A DNA stretch of 63,941 nucleotides, the filler included. It is 8 parts of 8 records of this genome, joined end to end, with 100 filler letters (N's around TTAATTAATTAA, not from the genome) between each part and the next. Parts side by side here need not be neighbours in the genome. Positions count along the whole stretch, not along the records: positions 6,894 to 27,595 come from SRR7504441_2; 7 more parts are not named here. One strand, 5' to 3'. Below, piece by piece: positions 12,801-24,800 of the stretch; within the stretch, counting starts at the first letter, position 1, and each line of letters opens with the position of its first letter. The translations under genes and the position numbers were made by a program. The notes below the pieces were generated by a model, which had not been told where the DNA came from, searched no databases, and worked only from the letters and a program-made list of their open reading frames with translations.

Positions 12801-15800
12801 CATGAGTCTCACCATTCCCAAGAATAAAGGACCCAAAAAGCAAGGAGCCGAGAAACCTAAGCGGCTGTGGAGTGTAGGCCTACAAATGACTGGAGACCCA
12901 ATGAAACTGCCACTCATGGCGACCAATGACGCAGTAAAAGATTCTCTCTCGATTGGGACGAACATAAACATGAACTTTGTGATTGCCAACAGAAATTACA
13001 CCATTCTTAGTCCTGAGTTGAAGCAGCCTGTTGTTGTCAAGCCAGGTTTTAACCTGATCGCACAAGCCAATCTAGGAAATACAAACGTCAAATTCCTCAG
13101 CTATCTTGGCAGCGTGTGGCGATTCAAATTATGGGTAGCATATCAGGACCCCAGCACAAATTGGGAGATTGGCCTGGTTGCTCTCGGCGGCAAATCTTTC
13201 ACACTGCCTGGTCCAGCATCTGGCACGGCGCGCCTTAGCATGATTGAAGTGCTGCTAACCAGGAGCCCTGGTGTTGACACAACCTTCATTCTGAATGCAC
13301 CGATTGTATTTGAGGGGGTCAAAATCTCAGGGAAGGAGGTGCCCCCGTACACAGGTGGCGTAAAGGGGAAAATAAATAGGAAGTCAATGGAATTCAGTGT
13401 CATATTTCCCCCTACTCCAATCTGGAGTGGCAGTTCAGTCCTTAAACAGCGACAACAATCATCTTTATCAGTTGGTGTGGTCCTAGTGATGGGCATGAAC
13501 TTTAGTACTGGCAAAGTAACGGGTGCTTTCCTGCTAACTCTGAAACTCAATCAGTTCAATGCCATGATTGATATGGTTCAGCCGAGTAGAGAGTACGGTT
13601 CTCAGCTTCAAAGTGGGTATGACAGGCTTGGCATAAAAAACATCGATGCATTTGCTGGCATTGCTTTCTCAACCGCTGATGATATCACCGTTCAGGTCCC
13701 TACGGTTGGTGCAATCACAATGAAAGCAGGCTTACAAGTGTACTTCAGGGCGAATTACAACGAACTGATTGGTCAAGGCTTGCTGAAGGACATACCACTT
13801 CCTGAGGGTTCAGCCACTGACGGGGCCTACGCTCAGCTCTATGTTCAAATCGGATTCAAACTCAGTGTGATCTTTGATCTTTCCATATCCAAGATCCCGT
13901 CTTTGCAGCAAATCATGACAGCCAATGGCGCGGGCCCTAATTCTGCACCCCTGAACAAAATTGGTTTCCTCGGACGCATTGAGACCAAGAAGCTACAGAT
14001 ATTAGTCACTTTGAACCCAGAATCAATGAAGGTCATTGCTGCCTTCAAAATCGACGCCTGCACGATGCAGTTCTTGATCTTTGTCGGTAAAAAGCCTGCG
14101 GTGAAAGGGCAGGTAGAAAGGGCGGGAGGAACAGCAGCTGATAGGAACGACGTTATTGTTGGCGTTGCATTCGCCAACTTCAAATTTTCAATCTTATCAT
14201 CTGCATTCAGCTTCCTGGACTTCATGACTTTATCTGCTGCTGCCCTGATTTTTACAAGAAGGGATTTGGGATCTCTCAGCTTCGCCGAGCTTGAACCTCC
14301 GCTCACCATAGAACAAGTTTCAGCAGGGGTTACAATCGAGGCATATTTGAGCTTAGAGAAATCTGGCTCACTGATGAAGGACGTGGCATCGCAAATGCCT
14401 GAGACTCGTTGTGGGTTCAGACTGAGCTTTAGTATAGACTCGCCATACACAGTCATGGTGAAAGCCTTCATTGACGGGGTATTCCCACTTGCCACTGGAG
14501 GTAATGGGAAGCCTCTACTTACCCTTGGTGGACAGCCTCTGCCAGCGCCTGCTGCTTTTGGTCCGTGCTACGCGTTTGCCCTCAGCCTTCTAATGAGTAC
14601 TGGGTCCTTCGCGATACAACTTGAGCTCTGCATTGAGGCTGCCCTGCCAAGTGCTGATGGCAAACCCATACAGATTGCTGGCGGAGTCCTGATCGATCCT
14701 GTGGCGGTATCATTCATCCTCTGGCTGCAAATGCGCACTCCTTGGAAGATCACGAACTGGTTCACCCTACTAGAGTCCGCCTTTGCAATTGGGATCGGCC
14801 CAGTGACATTTGCTACTGGCGTCCCTTCATCAATTGGTTTGGCTACAGGTCTACAACTGGGTGCCAATCCTAAAACTTGGATTAAGGGTTCTATTGCTGT
14901 CTGGGTGCCAGTTACCGTCCCACCATTGATCTGTGCTCGTGCCTCCCTCAACAAATTTGGCCTGGGGCACTTTATTCGTGCATTTTCGTCAGCATCACTT
15001 GGAGTGATGGAAGATATCTTGAATGCGTTCAGCATGGAGGGCATATTCTTCCAAATCTCAACATCACCAAAGGCTGAAATATGCCCAGTTTGCCCTTGTG
15101 ATGCTACAATCGATCCAGCATGCCCAATTGTCGTGTTCAACCCAGGGTTTGTGCTTTCCGTAAAGAAGTTCTCTATCTTCAACCTCATAGTCGGTGGAAT
15201 CTATATTGGTGTTAGTCCAATAAGATACACCATCAATGCATGGATCAATGGCTTTACTCTAGGTCCACTCCAATTTGGTGGCTACAAGCCCCCTGTTTGT
15301 TATAGCACCCCATGCCTGGATGCTCCAGGAATCGGTAATGTGAAGACGTTGCTTGAAACCGATACTGACGCAGTTGAAGAAGCAACCTGGCGCCCTGCAT
15401 TCCACCAAAAGAGCGCATTAGTGCGCCAGATGGACGATTACTACGAACTGGAGCGGCTCAACCTGCTGGAGGAGCCCGAAGATCGCGTCGCTGAGTATCA
15501 TGCGATGGTTCCATCTCACATGAAGCATGTTGCGCACGGACCTCGCTTTATTGATGGCCGGCTCCCAGCCTTGAACAAGGCTGACTGGGAGCAAGATGAT
15601 GTCCCTGATACGCCAGAGGAATGGTATGAGGAGCAAATTGAGGGCGAGGAAGATGGCGATGACGACTTTGGCATCGGCGACACACTCAATCTTGGGCACC
15701 AGATTAAATCTTCTGTGCGGTCTGCAGTCCACCTGGCCAAGCGACAAGAGTCTGCCAAGAAGCAGAAGCAACTCTTCTCAGCCAAGCACCAAAGAAAACT

Positions 15801-18800
15801 GCTCAACCTGGGAAAAGAGCTCTCTGAGAAGGAGACTATAAAGAAAGTGACCCAGAAGCAGACAGCTGAGATGCAGCAGAAGCTAAAGGTCCAAGAACAA
15901 CAGCGGCTGGCTGGTCTAAATGTGTCAGCGCAACCTATTCGCACTCCTGTTGACTGTGAGCAAGCAGAATGGTCCACCTGGTACCACCCTGAGGAAGGTA
16001 CTGACTCATTTAGTAGCACATGTTCAGTCCCTTGTGGAGGCGGTAAACAGGTCCGGATACGCCGGATCATCCGGCCGGCTGAGAATGGGGGACGACCATG
16101 CTTGAGTCCTACTTTGAGCAGCCAGAGTCGAGCATGCAACACGCAGAAGTGCACGGATCCATGTAGGAAACATGAGGTCTGTACTGTTGGAAAACAACAG
16201 GATTCAGAGAAACCGATTACTGAGAGGTGCAAGGACGTCTGTAGCAGATGTACTGCAGACCCGCGGTGTGGCTATTGCGCAATGACTGGACAATGCGTTC
16301 AAGGCACAACTGAGGGCCCTCTACCTTCTTCTACCTCGGCACAATGTGGTCCTGGATGGGAGTTTGGCTTCTGCAATCCAGCAAAGCGGAACGAATTGGA
16401 AGCATTGATGAAGTGTAAGCCTGATAGCGGCTGCAAAAAGAAGGACACATGGGAGCACGCGTGCCTGAGCACCAAGTTTGGCAGCTGTTTGCAGGTGCAG
16501 CAGTATGGTTGCCCAGATGGGAAATATCAGATCTTTGATGCATCTACTGTTGGGCCGGGGAAAGCAGTGGGGAAAACATGCAAAGAGGGAACAAGTGTGC
16601 CTGATGACCAGTGTGACCGAGATTACTCCAAACTGTGTCCCTATGGATGGAAGAAGCAAGATGACCCCATGAATGGTATTCAGCTGTGTGTTGCTGACGA
16701 AGGAGCATACGGTAACATGCAGTCTGTGCTAGGCTCTTAAGTATAGACCCCTGCCTATGTGTGGCCGCTTGTAGATTGCTAGTCTCACGTCACTAGCTGA
16801 GATCTGGCTTGCTTCAGGTGGAAATTGCCTCAGGTCACAAGACTTCAATGGTTGGAACACCACCCAGAAGGTGCAATGGTCCAAAGAGTGCTCAGCTGTC
16901 TGGCCCTGCAACGTGACATTACCCATCATCCCAATGCCAGACGAAATGCCTGTTGTTGGAGAACCAGGCAGCGGACGCTGTATGCCAAAGAAGGGCGGGC
17001 TTGTCATGGCAGAACAATGTGCAATGATGACATCACAGAGAGCGTGTGAAAATGGAGATAAGTGTCGTTGGGTAGGTACTTGCTGGATGGCTCAACACAA
17101 GTGTAATTTCTTCCCAGACAAGCTTGCAGCGGCGCAGTCTTTTGAAATTGCCTACCTGCAAACCACAGGAATGTGCGATGCTGCACCCACTCGGCCATCT
17201 GACCAATCCCGCTGTGAATTCTCTGTGCGGGGTGGCGGCGCATTTGATCAGGCAGTTGTAACACTTGGTTCAGTCAATGGCTTAGCCATTACTTTGAACC
17301 AGGGCAAACTCGGCATCTCGAAACTCGCCAATGACCAAGCTCTCTGGAAACTATATGGCGTCCCTGGTCACCTCGAGACATATTATTTACAGAGCCAGAA
17401 TGGCTGTGCACAGAAAACTGAGCCATGCGGCTACTGGCTCGCTGTGGAAGCTCCACGCACAACTGACTTTGCGCTGGTCCCAGCATCCAACCTAGATGCA
17501 AGATTGAAAGTTCAATTCAAGCCCATAGAGGGACATCCAGACCAGTTTGAACTGATTGCGCAAGGCTCCGCAAATCAGCCATGCACAGAAAGCAATCCCA
17601 GCTGGAGCGAGCTGGTGAGATCATCTGGTCGACGCCTGCTCGGCTCATCTAGACGACGGGCTCCATCAGAGGCCCAAATAAAGGCTCATGCAGAAGCAAT
17701 AGTAAAGTCCAACAAAGTGAAAGCGGAGAAAAATACGAAAGAAGGCGAAAAAAAGGATAAAGAGAAAAAGGAGGAGGCAGAAAAAGCTACGGTAAAGAGA
17801 AACAAAGAAAGACGTGAAGCCAGCAACAAGAATACGCTGAAGGACAAGCGGAATGAGTATAATCAAGAGGCACTAACCAAAAAAAGCGACCGCGATCGGC
17901 TGGTATTAGAGGAACGCGGTGAAAAAAGCCGTGAGACTGCGGCCAAAAATAGCGAAAGGCAGTTTAAAAAGCGCAGTGCCTACGATGCAAAGTCAAAGGC
18001 ATTGAGTGAGAGCAACATTGCAGTCAAGGCAAGAGAGAGCACACAAAGGCTGAACTTTACCGGGACGCAGCAAATTGCCAAGAATGACGACAGCAAGGCC
18101 CTAGAGGTGCAAGATAAGACTCTGGCAGCAGAGCGAGGAAATAAGCAGTTGACGGCCGAGGCGGCTCTTGCACACGAGAAAACCCAAAAAGCGCAAGACC
18201 TGAAGGAAAGGAACGACAAGGAAGCCGGTGCAAAGAAGGCCGCACGGGACGAGCGAGAGGCAAAAGCTCGAGGTGCAAAGCAATGCAAAGTAGACGAGCT
18301 TCAGGTCAAAGCTCAGGAGAAGATGGCCACGGAAAAACGAAATGCCAAGCCTGTGTGTGGAAAGCATCTCGGGTGGTCCAACTGGCAACCAGGTGATGGT
18401 GAGCCTTGGGCAGGACCAAAGGTGCGCTGACCACCTAGCTTTGCTGAAACTAGTCACTGCCCAGTAAATAGCTTGCGCATTCTATAGGTCCTCGAACCAC
18501 ATGGCGTTTGTCTCACTTGCTGTTACAGGTGCGACTCATTACTGAATGGGAACCCAGTCAATACGAAGTTTCGACTCTTCGCCCTGTCAAGATATCCTTC
18601 CCACAGGGAATACCAGCTGTATGGAAAGAGCGGAGAATGAATGTCTCGCCCCTGCTCAAGTGTTCTCAGGCGAGTGACACATGCACTTGGGACGAAAAGA
18701 AGGAACCTCAGCCTGCATGCCTTCGAATGGCCCAGGTGTGGCATACTCGATGCGGGAACAGCCTAGATGACATCTCGGTTGTACATTACCAAGGAAATGG

Positions 18801-21800
18801 CATGGCGAAGTCATTTCCAAGCCAGCCGGGCTGTTTGATTGAGCACATCCCCACTTGCAAGTCCGGGGTTATTGAATGGCAAGGCGCGAAGCGGGTGAGT
18901 CAGATCGTGCGTTCGAAGAATAAGGCCCAATCATCCGGTAAATGCGCAGGGCTGACTGTCACAAGGGCTCTTCAGCCCACCGCGCCAATACCAAGTGAAT
19001 GCGAAGTCGTCACCATAAATGAAGAGCCTATCAGCTGCCTTGCACAGGCACGCGCTTACCATGCATGGTGTAAGAACGACCGTGCTGACCGCGTCCGTGT
19101 CTTATTCACAGACAAGCAGCATAACGCGGTGGAAGCTGTGTACCCCCCGGTCAACTTTCACGATGAGGCAGCGCTCGCAGGTTGCTTCAACGCTGCGTCT
19201 GTCACTCTCACACAAAGTCTCTCGAGTGACATGATGACTGTCTTTGCATGCAGAGCACACTGCAAGGCGACAGGTAGTAGGTTCTTTGCGGTGCAAGATG
19301 GCCAAACATGTGGCTGTGGGAAAGATCTTCCACTTAATGATCCCGTAGATGCTGGCCTGTGTTCAGTTGCTTGTCGTGGGGAGAGCTGGGACTCTTCACT
19401 CTCATCAGCCGCACATTTGACCTGTGGTGGCAAGACAACAGCAAGTTTGTACTACACATTCACAGGACCTCCAGTTGCTCCTGATGACCTCTCTGTGACA
19501 GTTGACTCTAGTGTGAGTGTCACTCTGAAGTGGACGCCATCCAAACTGACGAATGGATATCCAATAACAGGTTATCAAGTGGAAATCGCTATCACAGGTG
19601 TCACACCATTTTGGAACTATACTAGTCATTTCATGCCGGACCGTGACAAGCAAGACGGGACTAGGCTTGCAATGCAGCTTTCTGGCCTAAATCCTGCAAC
19701 CCAGTACACTTTCCAAGTCGCAGCCATCAACAAACTAGGCCGGTCTCTGAGCAGTCTGCCAAAGCCGGCATTGACGGTGCCTTGCATGCGTACTGGCCTG
19801 GAATTAACCTTGGTGCTCTGACAGATCGCTGTGCCAAACACTTGTCCTCAACTCTTTCCCTCACGGAGATCGTACGGGGCTGCAGACAAGGTCAGAATTC
19901 ACTTTATTGACCCCAACATTAACGAATATGATATTATCTTTGCGACAAAGCACAACTCCTTGGGTACAATGGACTTCATCTCTCAAACCAGGATGAAGTT
20001 CCCAGACAACTCTATTGGGAAGGATGCGCAGAGAAGATTCATGGGGACTGTCAGCTTTGATGCCGGAGCACTGGTGCCTTCAGACTATGACGGTCGTATT
20101 GCATACTACAATTCCTGGAATTGTACTCGGATTGATGTAGAAAAGTTTAGTGTCACAGGCAGCCTGCTCAAACTTTCCAAGGCCATCTATAGCACAACTG
20201 ATCCTGTGAAGGTTGAATTCTGGGATGGTAATCAAGAGGCAGGAGACAGAGTTCTGATTGTGCCCATCGAGGCACAAAACAGCAGCGATTTGATGCAGCA
20301 TGCTGTCCGGTGGCTCAATACTGACAACACCAAGGGGCAGCCAGCCGATGCTAAAGCAGTCCCACACGGCCAGTTGACTTTTGAGCCTCCACTGCAGGAA
20401 GGGGCGTATTTTGCTGTGCTTGCGAGCCCACCACAATTTAAACAAGTAAAAGGAGGCACTCCAAACGCAACGCTGACCGTTGTGAAGCAGCTTCGAGCCT
20501 ACGCGCTCAGCGCTGACCCATTTGTGTGCAAAATCAAGTCTGGAACTCGTGGTATCTGCAAAGACACCGATACCATCCCCATCTTGTCTGGAAACAATGA
20601 GTATCACCATCAAGGCTTGCGTGGCACATGGTGTTGGCTTGATGCTTCCCAATGGGGCTATGTTTCAACATCGTTCCCATCCAATTTCCCCATGGCGCAA
20701 TGCCAGGTCTACTATGTGAATGGCACCAAGCACTTTGAAAGGTCTGCAGGAAATGCAACTGACCCGCTTAGCATAGAGAAGAAAGAGCGAGAGGGCAAAG
20801 CACAAGAGCAGCAGAACATTCAACAGAATGAGAAATCTCAAAAAGACAAACAGCAAAAAAGTTACACAGACAATGCTGAGAAGTCAAAGAAAGCCAACGC
20901 ACAGGAAAAACAGAAGAAGGCAGTTGAACACAAGCAAAGAGAAGCAGACGAGTCTCGCCAAAAGAAAATAGCAACAGAGGGACAGGAGAAAGAGATTGAG
21001 GAAAAGAAGGATGCGAGTAAGAAACAAGAGGCCGAGGACAGGAGAAGCGCAGAGAAAGCCAACGAACAAGCCGTCAAGAGCAATGAGCGTGGGGCAAAGC
21101 AGGTAGCAGAGAGCCTGGAAAAGAGAGCTGAGGAACGTGCTGTAAAGAAAGCAAACCGGATCGCAGCAGCCAAAGCAGCCGCTGAAAAGGCCAGCAAAGA
21201 AAGTGGCGAAAAGGTCAAAGCTCTGGGGGCTGAGCTTGCTTATAAGGAATCTAAAGAGAAGAAGGCTGCCCAGATGAAAGCAGACGCTGATGAGCGCAAT
21301 GTAAAAGCAGCCCAACGTGAGCTAGAAGCAGCAGCTGAAAAGAAAATGAAAGCTAAGAAAGTCAAGCAAGTCAGAGCAAGTGAAGCAAAGAAACAGGTAG
21401 ATAAGGCAATCTTCTTTATTGACCTCAATCTCGAAGCCATCCTTGAATCCAAGGTCGAAATTTCCGCTTCAATGTCACTAGTCATTTTTGGATTCACATT
21501 GGCAAGATTTGGCATTTACATCAAGCTGAATGACGCGCAAGTGACCGTCAAGTTCTATCAGCAAATTGGGTGTGCACCCAAGGTTGGATGCTTGTTTGGC
21601 TTTTACTTTGAATTGGACGCGAAAATGTTGAAAATGGTCCCATACGCTTTCAATTTCTTAGCCAGAGCCAAAGTTGCAAGTCTTTCAAAGCTTTTACAGG
21701 CAGTGGTCGACAAGTTGAAGGAGTTGGTGAAAAAATTCAACGAGGCTGTGGATCGAGCCAAGAGAGCTATCGATGATGCCAAAGATGCTTGCTACAAGCT

Positions 21801-24800
21801 ATACCCTCCAAAGTGGGAGGACGTGCAGAAGGAGCGGACAAGGAAGCGGATACAAGAACTCGACTTTAAGTCAAGAGACATGGACCAGAAGCACGAAGCA
21901 AACGAGAAGCAGAAAAGTAAAGCTTTCAAGGAGGGTCAACAGAAGAAAGATCAAAAGTCAAAGGACGAGTTAGCGAAAGCAAACGCGAACGAGGCCCGGG
22001 ACAAGGCAGATCAAAACAAGAAGATGGAGCTTCTCAGACAACAAAGTCAGAAAGAGACCGCAGGGAAACAGGAGGAGAAATCAGCCAAGGAGTCGCAGCT
22101 CAAAGCACGTGGGACAGAGCTAGAAATGAACAACAAGAAGGCAAGTCGGGAGACAGAGCGTTCTAACAAGCAATCCAGCGCCGCGGACGAATCAAAAACT
22201 AAAGTCGAGGAGCACAACTTCGCTGTGGAGCGCAAAAAGAAGGAAATTGATGCGTCCTATGACTACGTAGAGAAGCAGCAGAAGATTCAACAAACAACAA
22301 ACGAAAGAAGCACCAAGATTGCTCTCGACTCGGCTATGAACAAAGCAAAAGCTAACGAGGCTGAACTAGTGATTGCAGACGAGCGGAATACAAAACAAAT
22401 AACGCAAAACAGAGAGAAAGCTGAAGCACTTATACGCAGAAAGAACGCCGAGGAAGCAGCGGCTGAGAGGGCTCAAAAGCATGGTAAAAGAGAGGCTCAG
22501 AATCTTATCAACCGCCTCGGGCAAACTCGGAGGGCCGTTGCTGATGTGAAGTGTAAAGTGTTCGAGAGCACAGGCAGCCTTTTGCAGAATGCCCAATACA
22601 CCACACATCTGGCGGATAACTTGTATTCACTGTTTGCTGAAGGAGGGGCGCCAGGACAATCTCCGAACACGAGCACCTGTGACCGTGCATGTCGTGCATT
22701 CACATCTATGGTGGACAACATGAAGAGAAACTATGCTGACTTGACTGAAAGATCCTTATCCCTGAAGGAGCGGCTAGAAAATCAAAAGTTCAGAGCCGCC
22801 TGCAACAGTGCTCCGGATGACACTGTGCCTCCAGATAAGGACAAAACCGTATCTGAAATTAGTACAGTGATATCAAATCAAAAAGACTGGCTCATCCAAT
22901 TGTACGAGCTGCAAGTCCAGACCGGTGCCGTGCATTTCGCAGCTGCAAGTGCATATGGAAGCTCTATAGGTAACACTTCTAGTCCGCCATAGCTTGTTAG
23001 CAATATCTTGTCCTTGCTTGTGATTAACTTGGGCCATCCAGGTGCTGGATCAGCTGGGGCTTCAATGGATGCAGTCTATGCCTCGTCTCAGGCTACGCTG
23101 CAAGCAGCAGGAGCAGCCTCTGAAGTGCAGCAATCTGTGGTCAAAATGTTAGCAGATGGATTCAACAAAACAGGCCTTCTTATTCAACAGCGGCTGTCGC
23201 AAGAGAGGGCAGCCCGGAGTCTCCCCGAGGTTGGCATCAAACCAGCCCACCCAATTGCAGACATTGACAACCCCCAAGGTTCATTAGCTTCAGAATATCA
23301 AGAATGGAAGAAACTCGACACTCAATTCAGAAATGCCGAACTGGAAATAGGAGCTGCTGCAGGCAAGCTCTTCACAGCAAGGGCTCAGATGAACAACACA
23401 GTTGCAGAGATTACCCAGAAGGCTGCTCGGGGTGCGTGTGAGGAAGAAGAATATTCATCGTGCCGCGAAGTGCTGACGCGCCATTGTCCGAGTGGGATAT
23501 ACAAGATACGACCTAACCGGACTCTATACCGATCCTATTGTCGAGCTGGTCATGAATACCGAGCTTCAGGATGTCAGCCAGGCTGGGTATCAACCTCTGA
23601 AGGCGGAGGAAGTTGCTATCGGCTGTTCGTGCCCCAAGGACCTGTTGGCATGCCGAATGTACGAAACCAGTACAATATTGACGAGGATTTTGCTGCCTTC
23701 AACGTTGCTCAAAAGCACTGTAAAGCTCATGGTGCCGAGTTTGGAGGGTATGACGTCACTCAGAACAAGCAAGTCCTCATGGAATTGGGATGGCAAGACA
23801 ACAGTAAGCAGACACCAGAAGGCATTCCGGCAGTCTGGGTGGGGCCTGTCACTGCCACTGTCCATAATTCCACGGTCAATTCTACTCGAGCAGGTGGCAA
23901 CAGTAGCGCAGTGATCCGGACATTCAATGAAACTCGGACTGTGACCAGATTCACACATGGCGTGCTGACTGCAACCGGCGATGTCAAAGACATGCCACCG
24001 GCGTTCAAGAGTCAATTCATCTGCCGTATGCCTGCCATCTCAGAGACAATCCAGTTTGCAGTTGCCTCGTGCAACGCAACCTCGACTTTGGATCAACAAC
24101 ACTCCTGTGACAAATTGAATGACCATGAAATCTCTACATGGTGGAGCCCAGCATCAGATGAAGCACATCCAAATGTGACGCTCACATTCGGGGAAGATAC
24201 TAGCAAAGATACAGATGGCGAGGCTTTCCAAACATTGGCTACAGTCAATCGCGTCTCAATCAGCTTCAGGCCGAAGCAGTATAAGCGCGCTCTGCGGTTG
24301 TCAGCAATTCACCTCACTTTCTCCGATGGGTCGAAATCGCATGTCCCTCTTAGTGTGACTCATTCTGCTCTTCCACAAACTGCTGAGTTTGTGCTGACAA
24401 AGACTCGGAATGTAACACTGGGATGGGACCCTCAGGATGAGTACTACTATGAGGATGGTTCAGGCATTGAGGAGAAATCCCCTTTGCCTTTAGGCATTGC
24501 AGAGGTCAAGTTCTGGCTTGATCTAGGCGTGCACTATCTCCCTGTGAGCTCATGCAAGGCCTCCTCAGAGCGACATTCACAGCCATGCTCCAATGTTTAC
24601 GATGGCACAAATCTATGGTGGGGCCCGCTTGGAGCCAGTGCAGTTGATTCCTGGATCCAAGTTGACTTTGGAAGCAGCCAGCTGATCAATAGGATGGGCA
24701 TTGCATTCCGTGTCAGTACGTCAGCTCCTCGTGCGCAACGGCTGAAACTTACCTTTGCATCAGGAGTTCCCCAGAGCTTTAGCCTCCTTGAGGCTATGTC

